Shown: positions 12,357-24,519 of the stretch, one piece after another
Numbering within the stretch: the stretch's first letter is position 1
How the letters are laid out: each line of letters starts with the position of its first letter
Assembly (NCBI GenBank): GCA_013265495.1
Contig: MU057822.1
Location: 299,852-363,851 of the forward strand
Length of the DNA: 64,000 bases
Origin: Vicugna vicugna
Lineage: Eukaryota
Direction: 5' to 3'
The notes under the pieces: generated by a model
Databases searched by the model: none
The model's input: only the letters and a program-made list of their open reading frames with translations
What the model was told of the DNA's origin: nothing
Program-made: the position numbers and the translations under genes

Positions 12357-14459
12357 TCCAACTCCCTTTTGACATTTATGGATAATCTGAGATGGCAGCA
12401 TAAAGCTTGCAGGGACTTGCCTTTGATCAACACAACAAATCAGTTGCAGAGGCAAACCTGAACCCAGTTCTGATTTCCCGGTATAGCTCACAGTGGCAAC
12501 AGCTCATCAAACATTTTGAGCACCTGCTGCATACCAGATGCTAGCAACATAAGTCATATGATGCAAAGCCAGCCATCAGCTGTGACAGTACTTCCCGACC
12601 ACTTTTACATTACCCAGAAAATACCTGTAGGGCACTCAAGATAAACAGATGAGGCTCCTTGCGGTCAGAGGAGTCTGTCTTACCTGGTTACCCTGATGGC
12701 CGCAAGGGCTCACCATTTAACTCACCTATAAACCATTCTTGATTGACCGTGAGGCTTTGAGCTATGGCACCTCCACTGAGCCCGACAAGTACTCCCTTGC
12801 ACTCCTTAGTCTAAGTGCTGCTTGCTCAATGCAGCTCCTCTAAGCACTCCTTGCCTATACCTCTTTAGTACCTTTAGTCTCTTGCCACAACTGGAACATT
12901 GTTTCCCTGAGCACCCTCTTATTCTTACACATTTCAATATCCATCTCCCAGGTATCCCTCAGCCAGAATTCCTCCCTGATCAACAAAGTGTGAACACCAT
13001 GACTATGTTTCCATGATCTAAACTCCAAATCCCTTCTCCACTCCACCTCTCTACCCACTAGTGCTTAACCTTGGCAGTACCTGTGAGCTGGTGTTGAGAT
13101 GAGTTAAGGCCGTGGGACCCAAGGCCACGATCAGAACATGTTTGTAGTATACAGTAAATAATTGCTCCACGCATGCGTCAATTATATAAGATTTAGAACA
13201 AAGAAAATAGAAGTACGCATGTGCTAGAGATATTCTGTAAGCCTAATAAACAAAAAAACTCAGACCACGCATGTGCTGACAAAAAACAGATAAAAACAGG
13301 ACAGGTGCATCACAGGCGCGCACCTCCCTGTGACAATAAAATTTTGTTAACCCCATGATGTCTCTGGCTAAAGTCTGTCCAGCAGTATGACAACTGCTCG
13401 TACATTTTTTCGTTTGGGCTGCTCACCTCCTAAAACCCCACATCAGGCTCCCTCGGCTGACAGTACCTAAAACCTCAAATTCAAGTCCACCCCCTTTTCT
13501 ATTCTGACACCCTCATCTTGGGCTCAGATCCTTCCTCCAACCTATCATCTACTCTCAGCTCTTCCAAGGCCACAACGTTCCCTGCAGTCCTTAACTGTTG
13601 ATGCTTCTAGGAATGAATATCAGCATTCTTTTGATTCTCCTTTGAGTAAAAAAATGTTTTGAAAGGTTTCATACTATTCACTTATATTACTCTTTCGCCT
13701 TCTTTTGCTATTAGTCACCCCCACATTCCCTAAGATTTTAGCACCTCTAAATTCAAATATCTAATTTTTCTAGCTTCTCACTTCCACTTCAGCTACTGTA
13801 TTCCATGGCTCTGTCCTGGACTTTATCATCTCCTAGTGCTATTAAATATGAACTTCAGTTTGCCACCCTGACACAGGGCTATCACAACCGTGTTCACACT
13901 GCACTGGTCTTCAATATACCTACAGTTTTATGATTCGTATATCAGCCTCTACCCATTCATTCTGCACAGGAGCTGTATTCTTACAGTACTCTCAGTTTCT
14001 TTTTGGTAATAAATCCCAAGCTCTGGGTAAATGCTACAATCCATATTCTCTGTTTCTGCAGTCAGGTGGATGAATTCCGCTAGAAAAAAAAGTGACCCAT
14101 CCACATACAAGGACATAATTGAAACCAGACCTTCTAACTTCAGATTCTTCTCCCAAATTTTCTTCCCTCTCTTTGGTCCCCTTGTCTACCAACTTCAACC
14201 ATAAAACTGATGTCGTCAAGCGATCTCCCTGATATCTCTTCCCTCCTTCACATCTATCTGTATGCATGTTCTTGTTTCCTAAAATTTTAGTAGAAAACAG
14301 TGATTTGCCTGCAATCTACAGTTAATCCCTTATCCTAAATTCCTTCTGCATTCGTCTGCAGGGCATCCCGTCTCCCCAGGGACCTTAAACCATCATTAGC
14401 CTTTCCCTCTCCTTCGGCTCTTTTCCTCTCAGCTTCTTACATCTTTACAACAAACCAAA

Positions 14460-15370
14460 AACCCGAGAAAACCCCTCTCACGACCCTCTCGGCCAGATTT
14501 TCCCGAAGAGTAGTCTGCTCGCTGCGTCCATTCTTTTCAGTGCCATGCCTAGGGCATGGAATATGATAGAGTCCAGTCAGTGCTTGATAAGTCCGGAACC
14601 TCAAAGTACTAGGTGAAGAGACGGGCTCTAGGTTCCTTCCGTGTCCAGCCACCTCCTCCACTTTCATTCACTACTCTTTCCTACTCCCGACCCCTCCCCT
14701 TGCCTGGCCTCCATGACTCTCGCGAGACTTGGGGCCTCCGTTACGCACTGCCCCAACGGAGCGGCCCACTTCTCGCGAGGCTGAGGCAGGGCCGGGCCCG
14801 ACATGGCGGAAGGTAGGGTTTTTGTGGAGCCGCGCGGGAAGGCGCGGTGCTGTGGGAGCGCTGCTTGCTGGGCGCAGCGGCTCTGAGAGGGAACGGCCGG
14901 GCGTGGTCGCATGGAGCACAGCGGGTCTCGCGAGCCTTCCTCTACAGCCTCTCCGAGGCGCCTGGGGCCGGGGTCCTGAGCGCTATTCCTATGGCAACGC
15001 CCCTCTGGCGGTCCTGGACCCCACGGGATCACGGCGGGATGCGGAGCTGGTCGCGAGGTCCGGTGCCGGGACTGAGTGCAACCGCGGGGATGCTGAGGGC
15101 CGCCGGGGAGGCTCCTTTGATTACCGGCGGTGCTGGGACGGCGGGGGAAGTAACCCTTCTCCTTAGGAAATCGAAACTGCTGTCCTGGCACGTCCTGCAT
15201 CCGGAAGGGGTACATCCCTCGCCGGCGGAAGGGCTTGGGACTCTTCTCGGGGTGAGGGGTGGGGGTGAGCCAAGGCTGTCACTGGCCAACGCGCCAAACG
15301 GGCGCGCACTGTAGACTCTAGGTCCCCAGCAGCCCCGGGATTCGGGCTGGCAGGGATTCTTCCGCCAGGT
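14460..15370. promoter_or_regulatory. ANKFY1: CpG-island promoter of ANKFY1
   Basis: Abrupt rise in GC and CpG content around the start codon. TCTCGCGAGA-type motifs at 14718, 14771 and 14926. YY1-like ACATGGCGG over the ATG. RFX X-box-like ATTCCTATGGCAAC at 14985-14998. ETS-like CCGGAAG at 15201. Confidence 0.9.
14803..14812 (+). CDS. ANKFY1: ANKFY1 coding exon 1 (MAE + 1 nt)
   Basis: gacATGGCGGAAG|GTAGGG: good Kozak context and GT donor. Joins exon 2 to give MAEEEVAKLEKHL, the known ANKFY1 N-terminus. Confidence 0.93.
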
Positions 15371-18300
15371 TTACAGATGTGGACGGGAGGAGGGGGTTTG
15401 CTAGGTAGGGGAGTTGGCCAAGGTCACGCTGTTCCTAAGAGATGTTCTAAACCAGACCTCGGTTCCTTTGCCTCTTAGTCCTGTCCTTACCCGCTTTTTT
15501 GGCACTCTCTTTATGATGCTGCAGGTAAAGGCAGTTTGGCCTCTTGGGTTCTGCCTCCCTTAACGTAGCAATATTAGAATCCTTCATTGTCATAGCCTTG
15601 TTGTACAGGTATGGAGCGGGGAGAAGGACGCCCAGAGATGGGAGTTACCTGCAAGGGACCCAAAAGTGACGCTGTCAAACCTGGCTATTCACCCCATCAT
15701 TGGAGGAAAGTACTCCTTATTTGACAGTTTACTGAGTAACTACAATATGCTGGTCCACGACCTGTCAAATTAGTTTGGAGCTAAGCTTTGTCTGAACCCA
15801 TCTTCACTTGGATCTTAGATTTGGGTGGCACCTGACAGTTTGCAGGCTTTCCTCACTTGGATTAGACTTGATAACAGCCTTGTGAAGGAGGCCTGGCATG
15901 GGTGTTATTTGCACTTTATAGATAAAGGAATTGAGGCCAGGGTTCTAGAGATACTCAAGACTGGCACCCACTTTTTGTTTGCTCTTTCTACCGTATTTGA
16001 CCCCCTGGAGAGGCAACCATCAGATGAATATTATATGAAAGCAGAAGAGGACTAAAAGGAACAGAGAACGCTAAGACATCCCCTGAAGCTAGTTTTTGGA
16101 GAAATCATGGAATGTTGTTTAACATCATTTAACACAGCTGACAGCCAGTGAAATGAAGCTTGTAGACCAGAGCAGTGAGTCGGGTGGAAAGGTTCGGGAA
16201 GGCTTTATGTGAGGTGACAGGTAGTCCAGTGCTGTTATACAAATTAGAGAAGTTGAGGAGTATTTGGGGAATACATTACAGAGATGGAAGTTGTAGGAGG
16301 GCAGCTGAGTTTTCATTCAGCAGTTTTTACTGAGCCCTGGCTGTGCCTTGCCATGAGGTTCCAGCCTGAGCAGCTCCTACCAGCGAAATACACATGCTGA
16401 TGGTTATCTCGCAAGTACCTTCAGGTGTGTTAGGGTAACCTTGAGAGACAAAGAGACATCAGCTCCAGCTGGTGAAGCACACACCTTAAACAAACAGAAC
16501 TTCCTTTTTGGGGTTAAATTGGCAAGGAAGGCTAGATGGGTAAGCATAGCCATGAGGTGCTGACTTGACAGTTTTTATTTTACTTTTTGTGTGTTTGTTC
16601 CAATTTCCTGGCCTGTGTTCTGATTTTAGCTTTTTGGAAGCAATGTCGCAGACTTTGACTAGGAAGAATTGAGTGGAGCTTTCTAGTCCAGTTACCTCAT
16701 TAAACTGCAGGTGCTTGTGATTCAAAGGAAGGCAAAATTAGCTAGAAAATGTTTTGCAGGGGTGTTACTTGTTTAATGCTGCTTATAATTTAATCAGAAT
16801 TTGTTGGAGCCGGCTATGCTTGTTCAGAAATACTCGTTTAAATATAAACAAACCAAAAATCTATGTCGTGTAACAATTGGATTATCTCTGAGCACACTCT
16901 GTGGGAACTTCCGTGATGATGGTTTTTGTTTGGTGATGTGAGTGAGGGAGCATGTGGGAAATTACTCTTAGGAAGAGTAAATGGAACCTGCAGAGACCAA
17001 GTATACAATAACTTCTAGACGTGACTCATGTAGAAACCAAGCTTCTCTCCTTCCATCCATACATGGGTATTGGTTTAACCATATATATTTAGCTGAAGTT
17101 TGTCCTAAGACAAGTTTCCGTTTCCATTCTTCATCTCTGCAGCTGTCCTGCTAATCTAAGCCTCCTTCATCACTCAGAAGAGTCCTTCCCACACGGTCTT
17201 CCTGCTTTACTTTTTCTTCTTGATTTTGCTTCCCCACAGCCTATTTTTACAGAGTTTCCAGTAAATCAGATCTTGTCTCTCCCACTTTTTACAGTACGGC
17301 TGCCCTTCTGTGTGCTCTCCCCATTCCTGTGGCTCTCCATGATCTTAAGATATATTCTGAAGACCCTGGTGACCTTCAGGTCCCTACAGAGTTAACATTG
17401 GTACCTTATTTCCTACTTCTCAGTCACCTAGCTCTTGCCACACTAACTTCCTTGCTGTTCTTTGTACAGTCCCAACTATTTCTTTATCTTTGTCTTACAA
17501 TTCCCTTGGCCTCGAAGTCTTCCTCAGTTTCTCCACACAGCTAATTGACTTTTATTCACTCAGGTGTCTGTTCACTTCTCACCTCTTTAGAGAGCATCCC
17601 TTTCTCTTCAGAGATTTAAAAAAAAATTCTTTTACAGAAGTATAAACCCCACCTAAGGGCAGAGGCTTTTTCTGTTTTGTTCACTGCTGAATCTGCCAAC
17701 TTAGAATCATGCCTGTGGTTGAAGGAATGGATGAACTGTTGAGCGTCATTGACCAGACATCAGGAAAAGCTGCCTGGATACATCCTTAGTCTCTTGTCAA
17801 GGAAGCTGGCCAGTCCAGCTTTTAATGTGCTCCGAATAACAGCAGTTTGCTGGGAGCTGCCTAACCTAGTTTTTGTCCAGCTAATTTTGGTTTTAGCAAT
17901 TCAAGTGTAAGAGCTCAGTCTCTGCAGGTGGACGTGGGTTTGAATCCTAGTTTTACTACGCTATGATCATAGGCAAGCCATTTAATTGCCCTCAGTCTCA
18001 GTTTCCTCAACTTTAAAAGGGAGATCATCTCTGTCTCAAAGGTAGCTGTGACGATCAAAAGAAAGAGTATCAAGAACCCTGTTATCCCACAGTGCCTGAC
18101 ATTTTGACCCTGCTGTGCAGTCTTTCTCTTGGTCTCCTCTTAAACCACCCCCCAAAATAAAAGTGAAAATTGGAAAAATGTAAATAATTTATTAATCAGG
18201 AAAATAATCATGGACTTTTATTTTTTATCATCAAATTTTGTTTTATTTAAGATTTTAGTTTTAATTCTGAAGAAAGAGGTACATTTCCTTTTTTTTTTTA

Positions 18301-21300
18301 GTTTTAGCATCAGCTTTAACCAGGTTTCTGTTTTCTTTTCTCCTGTCTTTTCAATACTGCACAAACATCCAGAAACTACAGGGTTCAGTAAAAGCTGCAG
18401 GCAAGGAGATCAGAGAGCTTACGGTATTTATTGAACTCCACCTAGTAAGGCACTTAGGGTGGAGGGAGAATTTGTGGGTAGTTAAAAAAGAGCCTGACCT
18501 AGAGTCTGTTCCCTGGGAATTCCACAGTCCAGGAGGGGAGGTGAAAAGCATGTGTACTGCATTGTAAGGTGGAAGGTGAAAGATGCTGAGGAGTTACTTT
18601 GAAAATTCAGACTAGGAAAAGATGTCTTAGGGGAAGCGGTGGGGTGAATGTTTTGGGTAGTCAGGGGAGGCCTTTGCTGCAGGAGGTAAGCTGGACTTAT
18701 CTGGGCTGGGCTTTGGAAAAGAAGCCCCTTTTGAACATGGGGAGATGGGAGTGGGAAGAGATCACTATATTTGGTGGAAGAAACAGTGAAATATGAGGTT
18801 GGAAAACTATGTTAAGGGCCAGATTATGAAGGGAATTGGTTAAGCATTTGGATTTTACTCTGTGTGCCATGGGTTGAGGCTACTGAAACGTATCAGCCAA
18901 GGCAGTAACCTGACTAGAATTGCCTGAGGCCTGTTGAAATGGCTATAATGTAGAGGATGGATTTGGAGGGAAGGAAGGCTGGGGAGGAGGCCGAAGCAAG
19001 TGACGATGAGTCCTTTGTAAAGGGCTTTGTGGTTGGTGAGGACTGCTGTGAGAGAGACTAACTATAGACAGTATAAAAGACAGAACTCTTGAAACCTGTT
19101 TACATGTTGACAAGAGGGAAATATCAAAGATGACTCAAGTGTTCTAGATCCTGGTGACTCATGCTGTTAACAGGAAGAGGAGGAACAGATTTGAGAACAC
19201 ATATGTTGACCTCAGTTGTGGACATATTTTGCCAGGCCCAGTTTACCTTTAGGTGGTTTTGTTTTAGCTGGCAGTTGAAAGCATTTCCAATCCGACTGGC
19301 GTTTGGGTGAAAATTAGCTCGTGAGCTAACATTTGTTGAGTTTCTCCTGTGAAGCCAGCCCTGTCTACGATCAATGCTAGACAGAGTGAGGTTTTGAAAG
19401 ATGTATATATAAATCACACCACTGACTTGTAGACAAGACTTAACAGAGTTGAATCACATTCAAGAAAAATGTATTTCATTTCCATTAAGTGCAAGCAACT
19501 GTCCTAGCGACGACAAAGTGAGCAGCACAGTCGCAGCCTTAATGGAACTTGGGAATCTGAGAAGGGAAGGCAGAGTTTCTCAAAAAAACCCCCAAATGGA
19601 TGTATTATGCTTTATAGTTGACTGAGTCTTCTCTTTTGCATTGGTGATTAATGGCACTACCCTCCAGCCCAACTCTCAAGTCAGTAACCTAGAAGTCATC
19701 CCTGACATCCCCCCCAGATCCTGTGGATGCTTTAAAGCCCTCACATATGTTCTTCCCTCTCTGCTGTCACCCATTTGTTCAGACTGGTAGTTCTCAACCT
19801 GGAGAACCCTGCATGTTAGAATCACCTGGAGAGCTTTTAAAAACCAAATTTATGCCTCACTCAGCTTCACCAAGATCAATATATCCCACAAAACATTTTT
19901 TTCAAACTGAGTCAGTGTTGAATAAAACAAGGTTTTATTGAGTCTTTTTTTAAACAAATTAACTGTGTATATGTATATAAATACATTTGTGTATATATAT
20001 ACACATACAAAATAAGGTCATCTTTTCTAACTAAGAAGTCCTGAGTAGTAAGTTTCATTTGTAGCTGGAGTAAAAAGATTTTTGAAAGCAAATTTTTGTT
20101 GAATAGTGGCATTTGGACTTTGTCAAAACCGAGTTATGACAGTTACAGTTGCTAGATGTTTTTAAAGGTTGAAAAGTCAAAATATGAAATATATTTTAGC
20201 ACCATTATGTTTTTAATAATATCCAAACTTTTTGTTTGTGTGTGTAAAGTGGGAGGGTGCAGCCTGGCAGGGGCATCTTACTGTTCCTTTGTACTCTCCT
20301 CCAGATAGTGTTGCTAGCTTCTTCCCCCTTCCCTTCTTTTCAGTAGGGTATTTTGTGAACTTGAATTCTCAACAGTATATATATATCCACTTAAATCTTA
20401 TTCCCCATTAAACAATTTTCCTATATTTAGCAGTCTAGATTAATGAATATTCAGTAATTCCAGTGAAAGAAAGTTCCATCTGCGCTATGACAGGTTTAGG
20501 AGAGTAGTAGTGGAGATTAGCTTCTGTGATGTCAAAAGGAAAACAGTATTTTCTGGGAAGACAACACATACTTTAATGAAGTATTGTTATGTGGAAGACT
20601 AATACACGTCTGAAACAAAAATTATTCTTGTAGTTCTCAAAATGGGATTTTATCACAGCCTTTTCAGTCATTTTTCTTTTATCTAATTGACATAGTTAAA
20701 GCAGAGTAGGGATCAAGTCATCTAGTAATTAAAGAATTAGACAAAGAACATTAATTCACTGCTAAAATTAGGGTTAGAAAGTAAGAACTACAGTAGTAGA
20801 GAAAATATCAGGGATATTTTAAATCCAAAAAGATTTAATGAATACAGTGTGGGTTAGAATTGGAAGAGGCATGGGGGAGTAGTAATCACATTGAAGACAG
20901 GGAATGGAAAAGACATTTAATTCCTAAATTAATGAACTAATAGTTATAAATATTGTTTGATGTCCTGACTTTGGAACTGAAATTAGGTAGCAGGGTACGG
21001 TGGGATGAGCATGGCCTTTGGCTTAAGATCTTAAATCTTGAGTGGGTCTCAGGCTAATTGTGTAATTTAAGGCAATCCGCTTAACCTAAGTTAATTCTGT
21101 TTGTTAATTCTATTTGTACTGCTTTGAATATGTTGGTTAGAATTTGAGAGTGAGGAATTAAGTGCTGTAGGAGATATTAAAAAGTCTTAATTACTCTTTT
21201 GTCTTTTATTGCAAAATATTTTAAGAAACTCTGCATTTTTATTTACTCTGTAAAACTTTGTTTTTGACACTAATCCAGCAAGAAGGTTCAAGGCTTTTTG

Positions 21301-21319
21301 TTTGTTTGTAAGGATAGTT

Positions 21320-21600
21320 ATATTAGTTTCCTGTGGCTGCTATGATGAATTTCTACAAATGGAGTGGCTTAAAACAACAGAAATGTGTTCTCTTGATTCT
21401 GGAAGCCAGAAGTCTAAAATCAGTATCACTGGGCTGAAATCAGGTGTCACTAGGGCCATTCTCTCTCGGAAAATATCTGTTCCTGGCTTCTTCCAGCTCC
21501 TGGTGGCTGCTGGCATTTCTTTGTTTATGGCTACATTGCTCTAGTCTTCAGGGCCACTGCACTGTGCTGTAGATTCTCTCTGCATTATTACTCAGAAGGG
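21320..21600 (-). mobile_element. MLT1-type LTR fragment
   Basis: attagtttcctgtggctgct...gtggcttaaaacaacagaaat...ttctggaagccagaagtctaaaatc. Confidence 0.75.
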
Positions 21601-22295
21601 TACTTGTATACTTTTTTCCTGTAAGAACTCTACAGCTTGTTGATACTTCCAAGGACACATCTGCATTGCCCTTGTTCCCCACAGAGTAACGTCTCAGCCA
21701 TGTCCTCTCTCCATTGTACTGTGAAATGGTGTGGCAGCTGCGATACCACTGGTGGTTGCACTTGTGATCAAGGGTTTCCTCCTACAAAAGATGCTGGGTG
21801 GGGAGCATCTGTGATTTCGTGAATAAGCCCTGTATCCTAAAGCCCTCCCTTTCCCTTCACTCTTCTCTGATCATGAGCCGTGTAGTTTATGTCTTGTGTC
21901 AGTGTCTAGGCTGCAGCTAGACATTTGTGTCAGTAATTCTGGAGGGAGACTAGGGCTGTTGCTGTAGATTTTGGAATTATGTGTGTGTAAGTGATCTCTG
22001 AAGAAATTTACAAGTAATCCTTGAGAATATGTTTGAAAGAGAACTTTTATGATCTCATTTTAAGGGCTAAAGGATTTTTTTAACTTTCTACTCTTCTTGA
22101 AGGCAAATGTTATCATAATTCCCCCACGTGAGTCAGTATCCAGATTCTCTGTGACTGTGAGTTTTGTTCTTGTCCCTCCTGTGTGTGAGTTCTGGTAGCT
22201 ACTACTTCGGTTCTACATTCGGTACAACTTCGGTGCTACCTTATTTGTTTGGAAGAGGTGCAAGTTAGGCTGCCCTTTTTTTTTTTTTGCCTTTT

Positions 22296-23980
22296 TTTTT
22301 AACATTTTTTATTGATTTATAATCATTTTACAATGTGTCAAATTCCAGTGTTCAGCACAATTTTTCAGTCATTCATGGACATATACACACTCATTGTCAC
22401 ATTTTTTTCTCTGTGATTTATCATAACATTTTGTGTATATTTACCTGTGCTATACAGTGTAATCTTGTTTATCTATTCTACAATTTTGAAATCCAAGTCT
22501 ATCCCTTCCCACCCTCTACCCCCCTGGTAACCACAAGTCTGTATTCTCTGTCCATGAGTCTTTAGATTCCACATATGAGCGATCTCATATGGTATTTTTC
22601 TTTCTCTTTCTGGCTTACTTCACTTAGAATGACATTCTCTAGGAGCATCCATGTTGCTGCAAATGGCATTATGTTGTCGGTTTTTATGGCTGAGTAGTAT
22701 TCCATTGTATAAATATACCACATCTTCTTTATCCAGTCACCTGTTGATGGACATTTAGGCTGTTTCCATGTTTTGGCTATTGTAAATAGTGCTGCTATGA
22801 ACATTGGGGTGCAGGTGTCATCCTGAAGTAGATTTCCTTCTGGGTACAAGCCCAGGAGTGGGATTCCTGGGTCATATGGTAAGTCTATTCCTAGTCTTTT
22901 GAGGAATCTCCACACTGTTTTCCATAGTGGCTGCACCAAACTGCATTCCCACCAGCAGTGTAGGAGGGTTCCCCTTTCTCCACAGCCTCTCCAGCATTTG
23001 TCATTTTTGGATTTTTGAATGACGGCCATTCTGACTGGTGTGAGGTGATACCTCATTGTAGTTTTGATTTGCATTTCTCTGATAATTAGTGATATTGAAC
23101 ATTTTTTCATGTGCTTTTTGATCATTTGTATGTCTTCCTTGGAGAATTGCTTGTTTAGGTCTTCTGCCCATTTTTGGATTGGGTTGTTTATTTTTTTCTT
23201 ATTGAGTCGTATGAGCTGCTTATATATTTTGGAGATCAAGCCTTTGTCGGTTTCACTTGCAAAAATTTTCTCCCATTCCGTAGGTTTTCTTCTTGTTTTA
23301 TTTCTGGTTTCCTTTGCTCTGCAGAAGCTTGTAAGTTTCATTAGGTCCCATTTGTTTATTCTTGCTTTTATTTCTTCTAGGAGAAAATTTTTGAAATGTA
23401 TGTCAGATAATGTTTTGCCTATGTTTTCCTCTAGGAGGTTTATTGTATCTTGTCTTATGTTTAAGTCTTTAATCCATTCTAAGTTGATTTTTGTATATGG
23501 TGTAAGGGTGTGTTCTAGCTTCATTGTTTTACATGCTGCTGTCCAGTTTTCCCAACACCATTTGCTGAAGAGACTGTCTTTATTCCATTGTATATTCTTG
23601 CCTCCTTTGTCGAAGTTGAGTTGACCAAAAGTTTGTGGGTTCATTTCTGGGCTCTCTATTCTGTTCCATTGGTCTATATGTCTGTTTTGGTACCAATACC
23701 ATGCTGTCTTGATGACTGTAGCTCTATAGTATTGTCTGAAGTCTGGGAGAGTTATTCCTCCAGCCTCTTTCTTTCTCTTCAGTAATGCTTTAGCAATTCT
23801 AGATCTTTGATGGTTCCATATAAATTTTATTATGATTTGTTCTAGTTCTGTGAAATATGTCCTGGGTAATTGGATAGGGATTGCATTAAATCTGTAGATT
23901 GCCTCGGGCAGTGTGACCATTTTAACAATGTTGATTCTTTCAATCCAAGAGCATGGAATATCTTTCCATTTTTTAAAGTC
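22296..23980 (-). mobile_element. Young 5'-truncated LINE-1 with an open C-terminal ORF2 fragment (22562-23980)
   Basis: Minus-strand frame is open from the truncation point ([35 protein letters not shown]...) through the Cys-rich motif [18 protein letters not shown] to the stop. Followed by 3' UTR and poly(A), seen as poly-T on +. TSD ttgcctttt at 22287-22295 and 23981-23989. Confidence 0.97.
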
Positions 23981-23989
23981 TTGCCTTTT

Positions 23990-24519
23990 ATTTTATTTAT
24001 TTTTTTAACTTTTTTTTATTGAGCAATAGTCATTTTACAATGTTGTGTCAAATTCCCGTATAGAGCACAATTTTTCAGTTATACATGAACATACATATAT
24101 TCATTGTCACATTTTTTTTTCTCTGTGAGCTACCACCAGATCTTGTATGTATTTCCCTGTGCTGTACAGTATAATCTTGTTTATCTGTTCTATGTTTTGA
24201 AATCCCAGTCTGTCCCTTCCCACTCCCCACCCCCTTGGCAACCACAAGTCTGTTTTCTATGTCTATGAGTCTGTTTCTGTTTTGTATGTATGTATGTATG
24301 TATGTAGTTATTTTTAGATTCCACATATGAGCGATTTCATACGCTATTTTTCTTTCTCTTTCTGTCTTACTTCACTTAGAATGACATTTTCCAGGAACAT
24401 CCATGTTGCTGCAAGTGGCGTTATATTGTTGGTTTTTATGACTAAGTAGTATTCCATTGTATAAATATACCACCTCTTCTTTATCCAGTCGTCTGTTGAT
24501 GGACATTTAGGCTGTTTCC
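23990..24519 (-). mobile_element. Older LINE-1 3' fragment that hosts the nested young L1
   Basis: Similar to the 3' ~500 nt of the adjacent L1 but more diverged. Outer TSD taggctgccc(t/a)ttttt at 22266-22281 and 24520-24535, followed by AA (TTTT/AA endonuclease site). Confidence 0.9.

Noticed and set aside
15231..15266. G-quadruplex-like G tracts in early intron 1
   Set aside because: Common at the 3' edge of CpG islands; nothing specific can be claimed.
14613..15314. Several overlapping 67-183 aa ORFs on both strands
   Set aside because: Expected from stop-codon scarcity in a CpG island; only the 10-nt coding exon 1 is supported.
23064..23785. 186-aa and 65-aa hydrophobic + strand ORFs
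   Set aside because: Antisense shadow of L1 ORF2, common to L1 copies.
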